A stretch of 64,000 nucleotides of DNA from Eledone cirrhosa (GCA_964016885.1 OZ024743.1:101928001-101992000); one strand, 5' to 3'; counted from the first letter of the stretch, positions 34,830 through 50,100 are shown. Made by a program: numbers and translations. The notes: generated by a model from the letters alone, not told the origin.

Positions 34830-35206
34830 GTTATACCTTAGGAGGAGGGTCACGCTGCCAATAATAAACACCAGTTGGATTTCATTCAACTTACTATTGT
34901 AATTTCCTAGTCGTTTAGAATAAAACTGGATGGTTGTGAACAACAACAAAGTTGAGTTATATAGTATCATCTCATGGTGAGTTATAAAGTAGTAACTGAG
35001 GAGGTCAAAGAATGTGTGACGAAAGAGTTTGTCAATGAACAACTGAACAAACACGCAGTTATTAAACTAACATACTGGGAAAATATATAATAAATTGAAG
35101 TGAAATCGTCGAATGCGTGTGTTTTTATTGGCAACTTGACCCTCCCAAAGTATAACAAAACCTGTTTCCACAAACGTTTTCATATAAATATGATTCAAAA
35201 CAAATT
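34830..35206 (+). mobile_element. Solo pseudo-LTR of a diverged relative of the intact PLE
   Basis: Hammerhead CTGAGGA (34996-35002)-G-GTCA..TGAC-GAAA; from 35136 reads LTLPKYNKTCFHKRFHIN versus [18 protein letters not shown] of the intact ORF; 34830-34871 is an inverted copy of about 35117-35156. Confidence 0.82.
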
Positions 35207-35516
35207 CAATATACATAAATAAACATACATATATGTATATAAACAAATAAATAAATATAAATATATGAATAAATATATACACACATATATATATATATAC
35301 ATAAGTAAATATATATATATGAATGAATAAATAAATATACATAAATATAAATAAATGTAAAACTATATATACAAATAAATAAATATATAAGTATGAAATT
35401 TCGTTTCATTTTTTCCGTTTAAATAAATATATATATATCCATGTAAATATATATATACATATGTATAAATATATATGAATATATATATATATATGTATAT
35501 GTATAAATATATATGA

Positions 35517-35608
<92 letters not shown>

Positions 35609-35623
35609 ATGTATATATATATC

Positions 35624-35655
<32 letters not shown>

Positions 35656-35764
35656 TATATATATATATGTATATATATGTATATAAATATATATATATAC
35701 ATATACATATATAATAAATAAATATATATACATACATATATATATATATACATATATATAATTA

Positions 35765-35808
<44 letters not shown>

Positions 35809-35971
35809 AAAGGAACGATCGACTTTCGTCAAATCGGACCGAGGGAACAATGTTTCCGTTGGTCTTTCCAATTGCTAATTTGCTAATACTATCTATCGGT
35901 CGCAACTCCAGGTAGAAGGAGCAACGTGAAATAAAGTGTCTTGCTCAAGGACATAACGCATCACCTGGTCC

Positions 35972-36121
<150 letters not shown>

Positions 36122-36371
36122 TATATATATAGATAAATATATAATAAATAAATATATATACATAAATATATATAAATATATATATATATAAATGTATATA
36201 TAAATATATATACTTATAAATATATATATATAGATAAATATACATAATATATACATACATACACACACATACACACACACACATATTTATATACATATAT
36301 ATATAAACACATATATATATATATAAATATATATATTTATATATTTAGATAAATATATAGAATATATTCAT

Positions 36372-36417
<46 letters not shown>

Positions 36418-36546
36418 ATATATATATATATATATACATATAGGAGATGCAACCGGTACTAGCAGTGAAAACTATACTAGTCCCGTCAACTTATTATATA
36501 CACATATATATATAGTTAAATTTATATATATATATATATATATAAT

Positions 36547-36583
<37 letters not shown>

Positions 36584-36614
36584 CATTATATACATATATA
36601 TATGCATTATATAT

Positions 36615-36687
<73 letters not shown>

Positions 36688-36713
36688 TATATATAAATAT
36701 GTGTGTGTATGTA

Positions 36714-36796
<83 letters not shown>

Positions 36797-37619
36797 TTGT
36801 TTGTATGTTATGTTTGAGCATTTTATATAACTTTTATCTTTTATAATATTAAAACCATTAAATTCTGTTAAACATCTGAACTAATGAAATAAACTATGTA
36901 AACATTTCGATTTATCTGCGTAAACAAGGCAAAACACATACACGCATATATATGCACACCGAAGCACACAAATGCGCGCGCAGACAGTCCGGAAACTGCA
37001 CATGCGCACTCATGCTTATTTATAGAAACTTCAATTAATGGAAAATAACAAAAACAAACAAAACATTTTTTGTAATTAAGAATACTCTTTCACTTACTTT
37101 TTTGTATTTATTGCTTTTGTATATTGATTAAGTACCAGTTATGTACTGGTGTCATCATAAATCATTTGTGTCTGCTTGCAAACAGTGTGGCCCTGGGTTA
37201 AACTTCATCATCCTGATTATTGTAATTATTATGATCGTGATTAAGCCCCTCCGTATTCTTGACGTGGACGAAATCATCATTATCATCATCATCGTCATCA
37301 TCATTATCATCATCATCTCTATCATCATCATCATCATTATCATCATCATCATCGTCATCATTTTCATTATGGGAATCATCCATATCTCATTTGATCACCA
37401 TTATTACTGTTATTATCTTTATTATTTAGGAGATTCCTTTCTTTTAAAAGAATAAACTTCATCTTGGGAAACATGTATAAGTTTGTTCACGATTAACAAA
37501 TGTTGCATGTGTTTGCCTTACAGATACTGTCGATGTTAATATTTGAAAGTGAGATGTAGACGAATTTGTTTCCCTGTGTAGACAGAAAAATATTTCCTTT
37601 CTAGAGACTACTAAGTATT

Positions 37620-37950
37620 TCTCTGTAGCAAAATGATATATTCCTGGACAAAGCGGGTGAACACTCTCCATTAACACACAGACCACCCACACCCTCTGTA
37701 CCACAATGATATATGCCTAGACAATGTGGTAGAACCCTCTCCAACAATATATAGATCATCACCATCATTACTACAATGGTATATGCCTAGACAGTGTAGA
37801 AGGTTCTCCAATTATATTCAGACCATCACCATCTCTGCAACAATGATATATGTCTGGAAAATGTTGGATAACGCTTTCCAATAATACAAACTACCACTAC
37901 CATCATTACCACAATATGTGTCTAGACAATATTGGAAGATCGCTCTCACA
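37620..37950. repeat. Diverged tandem repeat, five units of about 68-74 bp
   Basis: AATGATATATGCCTAGACAA-like motif at about 37631, 37705, 37774, 37842 and 37912. Confidence 0.8.
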
Positions 37951-38149
37951 TATGCCGAACCCCAGGCACTTACCACCTCAGGATAGAATAGTAAAAACTT
38001 TACCCCAGATGATGTTATTTTTATAAAATGTGCCTGATTATATCAGATGTACCTATTCTAAATCGGATGATAGCCACTTTCCTTAACTGCCATCACTTTT
38101 TAATTGAACAATTTGGTCGTAATAGCTCCCTTCCTATTCAGCTTGCCCC

Positions 38150-39100
38150 CGTACAACAATAATCTCTTGATACTTGGTTAACTATTTTCATTTGGGACAT
38201 AGACATTGTGTCATGTTTTTTTATGTGCCATCTTGTAAAATGTTTGTACGCTAAAATTCCATAATATTTTCCTATTGCCATTTTCTAAGGTGCGTGTAAA
38301 TTCATATCAATATCACATAACCTTTTTCTCCAAACAGCTGTGGTAAGTTATTTGAAGAACAGTTTTGCTGTTACTGTGCCTTTAATGTTGCGTTGTCAGA
38401 GTTGGCATAGGACCTACTAATTCACTCTTGTATATTGTTTCTGTCACATCAGTGACATTCGTCATCTATATTGGTTAGAATATATATTGGTGATAGTGTA
38501 TTATTGTATCAAGAAGGCTGTTGCTGCTATAATTTATTGGTAAACGTATAGCAGGTGCAGTTTCTTACATGGATTTTATTCAACATCGGCACACCTTTAC
38601 GACACATACTCTAACATGTCTGTGATGTTTTGATCCGTAGTCAATCACCTTTAAATATACTGACACCTAAATCTAGATTTGTGCATCCAATAACTATGTG
38701 GGATATTTAGCCCGTGGAAGTACTAGTCATGCAAAGGCATGGCTTTATGTTTGTTTACACTGGTGCGATCAATAGGTCTACTGTCCGTCTTAGGTTGAAG
38801 TGATAGTTTGAAATATATCCAATTTGTGGTGAGAAGATAATTGTTGCAATGATAAAATACTTGCTTTAGGTTTTACTGCCATGGAAAACAAGGGCAAGTA
38901 ATAGGCGATTTTGTGAATTGGACAGTTAGCGAGCACTAATACTAAATATTTCCTTATACTACCTCGCCATCATACCCAGTAATCATTTACCAATTTCTGT
39001 ACAGATAATGAGCAACAATACATATTAATCTAAACTGCCCCGCCTTCATACTCAACAGACCTTCACTTTCTCTACTGTACAGTTATTGAGTGTCACACCG
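38150..39100 (-). mobile_element. Highly decayed R4/Dong-like RLE retrotransposon (3' part)
   Basis: Minus strand near 38215-38295 translates LENGNRKILWNFSVQT..MAHKKHD, aligning with MENDQVKVLWDFRIQTDKKLEHNRPD of the 4407-5096 ORF; weaker KYL-type remnants further right. Confidence 0.7.
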
Positions 39101-40309
39101 AATGTGTTGTCTCGTATTACTGTCTATTTTTATAAGTATATTCACCGCCCACTACATTTCTAGTATATTACCTATGTTAGAAACATTATTATTATGTTGT
39201 TTATTTTTATTAGACTTTTTTGTGTTATCACTACTATTAATGTCATTATTGTTATATCTATTGTTTCTCTTTCTTTATTTTTTATCCTCTTTACTCGATA
39301 TAAAGCTCTTTTGTGCATGTACTTTTTTGTCCTTTTATTGTCCCCTCGCTTATGTGACACATGAAGTAAATCATTATTATTTTTATTAGATCAGTGGATT
39401 AGCAGGATCTGTAATGTGTCAGAAACAGAGCCTTTCGTTATATTATGTGACCATTTACATTCTGAATTCAAATCCCAGCAAGGTGAAATTTACCTTTCGA
39501 CGTTAGGAAAAAGCTGTCAAGCATTGGGCTCAAATGCATCGACTGTATCTGCCCTATACCACAATTCAGCCTTGTTTCTATTAAAGTATCAAATAAAATG
39601 TTTTATAGTATTTCTTCTGGCTTTCTGCATCTCTAATTTCAAATTCCACCGGGACCAATTTTGCCTTTCGTGTTTGTGCGGTCGACAAATAAGAACGTGT
39701 TATGCATAGAGAGCGAATAAATCAATTATACCATATCGTACCAACTAAGAAACCTATTAATCTTTAATGTTACTTGAATATAGGAATGTTCTTTGGCGGA
39801 CATATCTTTAACATCAGCTGCTGTAAATAATTGACTTAAAGCTCTTTTAATTTAATATGAATCTCTACTTCGTAGACCTTAAAATCCTTCCCAGTTTAAT
39901 CGGCTGTAAAATACCTCCCTGATTCATAGGTTGTAGTAATTAAGATACGTTTGGTAAAAGGTAAATAACTTCAACGGATACACACATTTACATTGAATTA
40001 AAATTTGAAATGTGACGAGGAGTGATACCAAAAAGAGGAGTGCATTCTCACAGAAGCATTTGTCAGTAGGGCAGAAATGTTCAGCGAATGATTCTGTAAA
40101 CAAATATGTAATCTAAGCTTTTCAGTTTGACTTCCATGTAACAGACTAAATTTGTAGTTATATACATAAGCATTGACTTAACTACCATGCCTTTAGTTTC
40201 ATTTGCTGCTAAAAGCAACATGGGACGATCTTTTGTTTCTTTAAATCCTGGCGAATTTTCTATCGTTTAAGAGGGTAAAAATGTCTAAAATATTCCACAT
40301 TCTTCTTGA

Positions 40310-40500
40310 GCGGACGGCGCAGGCAGAATCCTGAGAGGTATCTTGTAGATGGTCACACCGGAGAAACCGTCGCCAAATCATCCGACTGGATACTCAAGTG
40401 AGATCACCCGATGTTATGGATGTTATCCAGCAATCTTACTTATTGTCTACTTCTGGGTCTTCCACCGGTTGGTTTTGGCCATAAATTCTGTCTACATTAA
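40310..40500 (-). mobile_element. Decayed RTE-like LINE 3' end
   Basis: Minus strand RPRSR...LDNIH remnant; homologous to 62210-62400. Confidence 0.55.
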
Positions 40501-41495
40501 AAATTATATTCGATTAATATTTTACCACGTTCTCTTTAACTATGATGGAAATCAGATGTAGCCTGAATGCCGGCATTTACTGTTTACTGTTTTACACTAA
40601 TTTTCCTATTACCCGAATGCTAGGTAGTTTCAAGGATCCATGAGAAATAACAACGTTTGGGTGAATTCCCCAGCTTCTTGTCTCAATTGATTAAATATAT
40701 TCATTGCTTTTTACTATATAATAGCTTGGGAGAGTAGTGATTGACGCTGTGACATATCATTCATCGAAACACTTAACATTTTCTACATATTTTCTGAGTT
40801 TACTACTGTGTGTGTATATATGTGTGTCCGTGTGATAGTGTAGAAATATTACGCTCACTTGAATTTTTGCATGGCAACTTTTGTCAGATCGATTCATTAT
40901 ATATTTTTTAAGTTGACAGAGGAAATCATAATGATTTCGTAACAGCACTTTTCTTTTCTCATTGTTCTGTTCTTTTTAGAAGCTTTAGTATCGTATGTAA
41001 TGGTATTGCTTTATGCATTTATGACATTATAGGATAACATGTGTAATGAATTAAAAGAATTACTGTAGTTTAGCAAATTACGTAATTGCTACACATCTGG
41101 TACAAAGTAACACGAGCAAAAACTGCTGAATGGAAAAGCACTCCAGAAGTGACTGATTTATTTATTTATTATTTGCAAGCTAGTGAAACAAAGAGCTGGT
41201 AATTTATAAAGAGTTTCTAATTTATGTGGGAACTTCAGGAGACGGTCAAGCCACGAGAAAGAATTTATGTTTGTGATTTGTGACAATTGTTGCAATATTG
41301 GTGAGCATAAAAAAAAAGGAAGTGAGCAAAAAAAAAAAGAAGATACTTTTTCAAAAGGATGAAAGACAATTTCGGCTTCGGAGGATTTTAAATTCAGATT
41401 GCAGAGAGCCGGAATGAATACTGCAAAATATTTTATCTCACTTTCTAATGAATCTATCAATTCACCACCTATAAACATGTATTATATAGAGGGTA

Positions 41496-41682
41496 TGGAT
41501 TGGCAGTATCGGTAGAAGGTCTGACGCCATCCTTTGCAGCAAAGAGTTACGGCCATTTATTGATCTGAGTTCAAATTCCGCCGAGGTTAACTTTGCCTTT
41601 CATCCTTATGGGGTCGATAAAATAAAGTACCAGTAATACACTGGGATAATTGCTGGACTTGTGCCAAAAGTAGAAACAATTA
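41496..41682 (+). mobile_element. Full-length tRNA-derived SINE with TSD
   Basis: Same family as the 17364 trimer; flanked by TATAGAGGGTA on both sides. Confidence 0.92.
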
Positions 41683-43022
41683 TATAGAGGGTAAGCATTG
41701 CCTCATCTGAATAATGCTACAGAAGGTGGAGATAAACATTGGAATTATGGTTCTTTGAAAAGTAGGTCAATTTGGGTAGCAATCCTACCCAGCATATTTA
41801 TGTTTTTTTGCACCAACGATTATATATGAATGACACACGAAAATATATATATACACCCGTAAATAAGAGTCATATAAAATAAAATACGTTAAACAAATTT
41901 ATATTAACGTAAATCACACGTACTTTAGTACAATTGATATATATGTGTAATTTATGACGATAACCACACTGACGGCGCCATATCAATGGTTGTGTCATAC
42001 GACAGATTTTTAAGATAAGACATGTGCCATTAAAATTTCCAATAAGATGAGATAAAATGGGAAACTTATGTCAATAGCTAAGATACTAGGTTAATATCAT
42101 CATAAAATGATACCATACATAAAATCTAAAATCGAAGATATCACATTTAACCCGAACACTATTATATTAATTTTTCTACGAAAATGTGGCATATCAACGA
42201 CAGGATATGATGATGCCACGTAAGATATCTTCTGTGGAATAAGATGTTGCAATTAATTTTAATTAACTGAACTTTCATTTTTTTTAAATATTTGCGTTTG
42301 AGCAAGAGAAAATAATCTGAAAGTTGAGCTTAGATTAATTACGCACAGTTGTCACACAGAGAGAGCTAGTTTCCTACACACAAAGACGCATACAAGCACA
42401 ATATATACATAGACACACGCTGTATAGACACAAACAGACACAAACTATATATAACACACACACATAAATACACATACATAACACATTCACAGAGAGTCAT
42501 CTGAATGGTGTTTGATCAGATAATCAGTCTGGGAGGTATGTTAAACAAATTAATGACATATTTTTATCTGTACGTTAGTAGTAGTAATGGATACTTTCTC
42601 CGAGCTTTAGGCAACCCATGTTTCAATTATTAAAGAGGAGGAGGGGGAGGAAATTATTCTTAACTTCCTTTACCGTCTGAAACCATATTAGAAAGACTAC
42701 ATCACATCAAAATTTAAAGTTTTACTTCAGTTAACTGCAAATTCTTACAATCTATCCCATTGTAAAGATACTTCAAACATTTAAATTAGTTTTTATATGT
42801 TTTCTACTAAATCATTTTAGAGTGTTTATATTCAAAGTGAATTTAAAGTTAAAAATGTCACCGTGAAGCTATCTACAAGTGTAAGCGAAAAGTCAATTTT
42901 TTTTTTCGCTTTACTAAGAGAAACGTAATGTAATATAATTTTTATTAGAGTTTACGGTCACGCAACATTACTTCTGTTACTAAAGTTACTAAGTTACTAA
43001 TGGTAAAGAAAAAGCCTGTTTG

Positions 43023-43053
<31 letters not shown>

Positions 43054-43064
43054 GGCTAAGGGAT

Positions 43065-43120
43065 GAGATTTGTTACTCCGGAGTTTCACTTGTGTAATCA
43101 CAGGATCTTCAAAGAAGACA
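43065..43120 (-). ncRNA. Degenerate hammerhead motif
   Basis: Minus strand TTGAAGA-T-CCTGTG-ATTA-CACAAG-T-GAAA-CTCCGGAG-TA; palindromic ACTCCGGAGT; next to (TA)n. Confidence 0.6.
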
Positions 43121-44421
43121 ATGTGTTCAGAGAGAGAGAGAGAGAGGGGGGGGGGTGAGGGGGAGGAAGAGAGAGTATAAATAGTGGTAGAACTTGTGAT
43201 GGGTGAGGTGGATCGGTGTTTTTGAATGGGATGGATATATGGAGGAGGGTATCTTTTCGAGAGATATTGACAGTAATAGAGAGGTTATGAGGAAGGAGAG
43301 AAAGATAAAAAGAAGATAAATAAAAAGAGGGAAGAGAAAAAAGAAAGAAAGGGAAAGAGAAAGAAGGAAAAATAAAGAAACAATTGAAAAAAAAACAGGA
43401 GAGTGATGAGGGGGAAAGTGTGGATAAATCTAGAAAAAATTGTATACGGGTGCGCTGACAATTAAACACCACCAGATATTATGTCAATAAAGGGGACTGC
43501 TGAGGAAATTTCTAATGAATAGATAGTATTTATAATGATGGTATTCACGATACTGATGATGATAGTGAATAGGAGGGAAACGAGTGAGGGAATGTCAATT
43601 AAAAGGAGAAAGCTAAAGTCTGGTGGATCGATGGTGGTTATAATGATGATGCAAAGCAGTAGGGAGTTATGGGGTTTAAATGATAATTATAACTTGGAAA
43701 CGTCGGTGACCAGTCTGAGGAAGGAGCCCCGCGAGGTGGGGTAGCTGTTACAGCGAGTGTAACTAGCCATTGTCCACGGGAATGCTTTTGTGGTCTTGTC
43801 TGTCGGGCGCAGCTCCATTACCACCGCGCCATAGGCCCAGAGCCCACTCACCCTCAAAGTCCCCTCCCCTCATCATTCTTCTGTGACACTAGAGTCCTTG
43901 CCATTCCCTCCCTTTTTCGTTTTTTTCGTTTTTTCTTCATATTTTCCTATTTTACATTCCATTCTTTCTTCTCAATCTAACTTTTTATTTTTCTATTAAA
44001 CTGTATTTACATGATATATTCCATAAATAAATTGTTACTAAAAAAATAATATAAAATAAAATAAAATTATATGGGTAAGGAAATGAAAGAAAGAAAATTA
44101 TGATGTGGCGTATGATGGTCAGCTAAAGAATATATAGTGAATAGATGACTGATAGTGGTAGTACTAAGGAGGATGATAATAAGAAAATAGTGGAGATGGT
44201 TTATAAGATGAATTGTGCTTCTGATAAATATGGAGATGCTGATAAACAATATATAGTTATGGTATATAGCAATAAGAATGATGGAACTATTCTGTAGTAT
44301 GGTGCTACAGTGACTTGTATATGGCAATACTGCCAACATTTTTACTCTTAATGACAATGAAGATTAAAGTAATAACAAGTCCAACAGTAATAATGATAAA
44401 AACAGTAGCAATAATAATAGC

Positions 44422-44551
44422 TGTTTCTACTTTTGGCACAAGGCCAGCAATTACTCAGTACATTACTGGTACTTTATTTTATCGACCCCGTAAGGATGAA
44501 AGGCAAAGTCAACCTCGGCGGGATTTGAACTCAGATCGTAAAGGAACGTAA
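44422..44551 (-). mobile_element. 5'-truncated SINE
   Basis: Reverse complement of SINE B-box, core and tail. Confidence 0.9.
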
Positions 44552-45439
44552 AGTAATTTAATACAGAGTAGAATGAAATAAAAACATGAACAAAATTGAG
44601 AAATTGTTTGAATGATGAAGTGGTGGCAACGGCACTAGAAATATTAAGGAAAATATAAAATATTGAATATTAGAGCTCTTACACAAACCCGGGGAAGCCA
44701 AATTCTGCAGGAGGCAAAGCTAAAAAGAGGTTTGAAAAAATGTTGTGCAATGTTAGGTTATCCACATCCTAAAAGTTTAGAAAATGGTAGAAGCTACATT
44801 GTTCACAACATACAGAAACTAGAAGAATTACTACAATACGTAGTTTGCAAGATAGAAAGTTTTACAGGAATTTCGGATATGTGGTACATAATCTGCAGCT
44901 CTGGTACATAAAATTAGAGGTGGTGGGAAGGGGGTTCTTATAGCATGAGATGAAAAAAATGAAAAAAATGGGTCTAGCGTTGGGGGATATGTGTTGAGTG
45001 GGAATAATGGTGGGGACTGGAAATGTGGTTGGTTCATCCGCTATTAGTACGATCCATAAAACATCGCTATCCAGAATGGTTTGGTGGTCTGTAAAAGCAG
45101 TAATTATCCAATATGTAGGTTGGTATCATCTGAGATAGGAATGTCCTTGAAAAGAAATAGGCTAAACTTCCTTGTATGCAAGCAAGAAGAGAGTGCTTTT
45201 TCACGTGAGTTCAGGATATTGGCGGATAAAGCGAGGGTATTATAAGCTTTCTCTTTCACCACAATACTCTATCAGAAGATGGGATTTATGACCCGGTTAT
45301 CTGCCAATTGTCAGATGTATTTTGACAAAGATATTGAGTCATTGAACATATTCAGGTGCTGAGAGAAATGGATATCGTGTGCGATCTGTAGGACTATAAT
45401 CTCGAGATTCTTCGGGTGTGTTATGAGTGTGCGCGGTTA

Positions 45440-45610
45440 TTTGTGGCGATTCTGAATCTTCGACCTTGTATTGTTAAGGCAGCTATAGCTTACCTTAACT
45501 GTATTTTTGTTCAAGATCTTATATTTTGTTGAAGATACCCGTGTGTGATAGGGAATTGCTTTCTTACAATAGGCATTAAGATTGTATGGAGGATTATACT
45601 AGGGCTGAAA
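45440..45610 (-). pseudogene. Decayed PLE coding fragment of a different clade
   Basis: Minus strand *YNPPYNL..KQFPITH..KILNKNTVKVSYSCLNN resembles the WFNPPY..KHFP..KIFNRNTVKVSYSC motif of PLE RT-endonuclease linkers. Surrounding 44600-46300 may be further decayed PLE. Confidence 0.72.
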
Positions 45611-47071
45611 TTACGTTAGGTTCTCGTTAAAGTCACATTTTTCATATCGTCGTTGTAGTAGAGGGCAGCATATCGAGGATAGGCTAGATAGCCATCTGCG
45701 CACATGTTTCACTACTAGGCAAGTGATTTTGGGTGCATGATTCTACACCTTGCTTATATAGATGTTTCATTTCGTTTATGGAACGGTTGGTCAAGGCCTG
45801 TATTGAGGTCCAAGAAGATCACAATTTGAAGGTTGATTATAACAGTACCAATCAGAGTTTTTCTCAACTTGTCCATATCATGTCCACTGCAGTTACGAGC
45901 TATACCAATCTCTCATCTATGTAGAGCCCTCGCTCCACGCCTGCTAGTTTTTCCTTCAAAGTGTGTCGCAGATATATATACGAGATCTGTCACCTCAGCT
46001 CCGTCAAAACTACCCATCGTGACATAACAAATATCGTCACCATGCCTTTTGACACAGAATGAGTCATCATAAAACTGCAGTGACTTTCTCTCATTGAGTA
46101 TGATCTTTATGTCGTTGTCTGTGCTAGTTGTGTAGTTTTTTCCAAACTCCAGGAACTGGAAGCGTAACTCACGGGATATTGATGGGTAAGATTCAACAAT
46201 ATCAAATTACATAAATTTACAGTTACTCTTGTATTCTATGCTATTTACCCACTTGGATGCCCTAGTTTTGGGTCATAATATTGTCGAGAATGTGCTTGCT
46301 GAATCCATCTCACTTAAACGACTTTTGCTAATCTATTTCATCGTAGGTCTGCCGAATGGGGGCATACACAGCAAAAACAGGACTGTTTACAACTTAAAAC
46401 CACAGAAAGAAATTGAAAATAAGCATTGAAAAAGATGCTTCTGTGAGAAATGTGTGTGTGATGAAATGAATTTTCGAATCGGATTTCTAGAGATTTCACT
46501 TCGTGTTAATACAACAATGACACAACATATCCTTTTATCCATTACACTTATGCTTTGCCTTCTAGTCTATGTGAGAAAGCGTTATTATATCCATCAAGCC
46601 ATTTTCTAACCTGGTATACCACCAGCCAGTTGAATGTAGCAAACTGCATTTCAATATTTTAATGCTTTTAAAATCATCCTACACTCCGCCTACACACCAT
46701 ACACGCACGCTCAATTTTTCTCTCTCTATCTCCTAAACAAACGCTCTCACATTCAGACAGACGTACATACACATTATATATATATAAAATGTCCCTCTAT
46801 TCGATCTACATACCGCCTAGCTCTTTCATGTTAACGTCCTTGATAAAGATCTCGGCGAAAAACCGTCTCCATATATATGTTAATGGATTTCTACTTGTAG
46901 AAAACAAAACTTTATATTTAAAGAAAAATATAATCAATACTTTCAAGAAGAAAAAACAAACAAAAATAATAGATACATGTTCACACAAAACATACACACA
47001 GACGTACATCTTACATACACAAGTGCATACAAACACTTAAGCACATGCACACACAGAAATATATATATATA

Positions 47072-47151
<80 letters not shown>

Positions 47152-48558
47152 AGTGTGTGCGTGCGCGTGTGTGTGTATGTGTATATAAATATATATATAT
47201 ACATACATTGGATCAGACTAAATAGCGAAATACTACAATTGTCTGTATGTGTGTGTGGTCGTGTGTGTATAAGGAAGCAGTAAAGCATTACAAGTTTCCG
47301 AAGAAAGTGAGGTTAATACTCTGATTCCATCGATTGTCTCTCCTCTCTTCTTTCTTTCTCCTACTCTTACTACGCCCACAACCTCTTCAAGATATTTCCT
47401 CCCCTGCCTCTCTATTCTACTTCTGACAAACAATCAAACGTTCACAGTTAAAAATGAAATCGTCTTAGGTTCAGATACTTAGGAAGAACGGAAAGAGAGG
47501 AGAGATGGATTCCGTCGGTTTCGACGATAAAATTTGCCGTCATTTGATCAAAGGAGGAACCTGCTAGTGAAACTAACGTGTATATGAGCGAGTATTCCAG
47601 ACACTCAAAATCTGCAGATGTCGTAAAAGACTCTAAAGTGCAGCGCAGTGAGGTATAATCTCAAATCACATGCTTGTGAAGCAAATTTCTTTGGCAAACT
47701 ATCAAGTCCGTGCATATGATTAAATCATTAAACGAAACGAAATATGCTAATAGGGTGGAATGAAATAAACCTCCGTTGATTTCGACTATGAGTGTTCCAA
47801 GTGTTCGATGAAAGGAGCTACTTGATCGTGAAATTAACGTGTAAATAGGTCAGCATTTCATGCTGTTAACTTTTAACATAACTCTCAGGGAGATGCAGCG
47901 TGACACTGTGAACGTGTGAGTGTGTGTATGCGCTTAAAAAGACTGGCTCTTCGAATTACATATAAAGTCTATCGGCAGTCTTCCAAATAGTTTCCGTTTA
48001 CCCATACCCAATGTCAATCACCGGTTTATGGTAAATGACACTTACCCAAGATATTTCGCAGTGTGTTCAAACTTGGGACCTAATGATTGCGAAGTGAACA
48101 GCTTAACCATTTGCCCCAGCTGCGTCCACAAGATAGGGCTGCCTGCATAGACCCGTAATTCCTGATGGAGTGGTAAGGGACGCCACATTGTCATAAGGCG
48201 TTTCTAGGGCATTTATAACCTGGCGGAACCCATCTCCTCTTCAGGTCTGAACAAACAGATTTCTTCCAGAGAAGAATAGTGTGAGCGAATGAAAGTGAAA
48301 AAGAGAGAGAAGAAGAATTAACTCCAGTACTTGAATAGATTAAAGGCAAAGGTGACCTCCACAACATCGGCAGTGGGTGTTAAAAGAGAAACTATATCAG
48401 TTAAAATGTAAAATAAAGGAAAGAAAGAAATTAAAAATAGCGAGAAAGAAAAAGAAACTGAGCTGAAGACTAAGAAAGTGAGAGATTAAAAGATAAATAA
48501 GGAGTATCTAAAGCAGTAGTGATAGATTAACAAACATACACAGACAGACAGATACACG

Positions 48559-48600
<42 letters not shown>

Positions 48601-48866
48601 CATGCAGGAATTAGGAGAGAGTAAGCAAGAATAAATATACAGACAAATGGATATATACATATATATACGTATATTTACACATCTAGTGAGAGGGGAGAGC
48701 GATAACGTAAGCGTTAGAAAGAGAGATTACGAGGGAATGAGAGGGAGGGATTAAGAGGATATCAGAAAGAGAGAGAGGGATTAAGAGGATATCAGAGAGA
48801 GAGAGGGGGAGAGAGAGCAAGAGGGGTAGAGTGAAGACATAAATAGACAGCTATAGTACACACACT

Positions 48867-48902
<36 letters not shown>

Positions 48903-49167
48903 CATACACCCACCCACTCTGCATCTTTCCATGTAAAAAAGACGCCTTTGATTTATGGTCCACCCTGTTCCAGTACCAGAGACTATCAATATAGGTATAT
49001 ATTGGATCATCAAGTATGAAATATTTAGATATTTGATTATTTGATACAAATGTCTACAAATTTCATACTTCTCGACCCAATATATAGTATAGGTAATTCA
49101 GTGAATTACTGATGGTGGTACTAATATGTTCATTCTATACACAGATACAGTGAATATGTTAAAAAAA

Positions 49168-49442
49168 GAAATGAAGTTTCGTTTACATTTTTTTATTGAT
49201 TATCGACCCGTTACGCATGTTTCAGATGGAATGGCTCAAGGCCACCCATGAAAGCTATTGACACGACTACAGCATCGACTTGCGTGTCAGACATGATGAT
49301 TCAACATACTATGTTTTATGTTGAATCATCAAATCTAACAAGCAGATCGATGCTGGAGACGAGTTCATAGCTTCTATAGGTAACCTTTAGCCAATCCGTC
49401 TGTGAAACGTACGTAAAAACATGCAAACGAAACTTAATTTTC
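49168..49442. repeat. Old imperfect palindrome
   Basis: 49211-49308 aligns to the reverse complement of 49317-49416 (roughly 80% by eye); outer arms AAGTTTCGTTT/AAACGAAACTT. Confidence 0.85.
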
Positions 49443-49994
49443 TCTCTCTCTATAAATCTATATATATGATAGTTGAGAAAATTACATAAATTACCCTTAG
49501 AGATGTTACAGCAATTTTTTTATTGTAATTATTCTGAGTTTGGGACTCTCACATTTTCAAATTTCAAACATTACCATCGCTACCATAATACATGAAGGTT
49601 ATATATACATAGAGTATGTCTTCGATTTCGTCACCAAATTAGTCACATCTCGGCGGAATAGTATTGTACTTAGAGTATATCTTCGATTTAGTCCCAGAGA
49701 TGATATTGTTGAAAGTTTTTCTAAACATTTTCAACACATTTTCCAAGGGTTTAACTTAACAGTTAAAAAGGTACGGCGATTACATAATTTAGTTTTTAAA
49801 GCAGTTTTCTGCTAAGGCTGCATCTTCAGTCTTGACTATTGGGACTTTAAGCTGTATACAGAAGCAACTTCTTAAAATAGAAAATTATAAAATTGCATTC
49901 ACCCTCTATTTAATATTCCGTAATTCACAATTTATATATACATATGCGTGTATATACGTCCACACACACGCAGACAGACACACATATATACATA

Positions 49995-50100
<106 letters not shown>

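Noticed and set aside
43690-43820. Permuted hammerhead (GAAACGTCGGTG...CTGAGGA-AGGAGC...GCTCC)
   Set aside because: Cleavage position would be G, stem II does not close next to GAAA, and no GAAA follows GCTCC.
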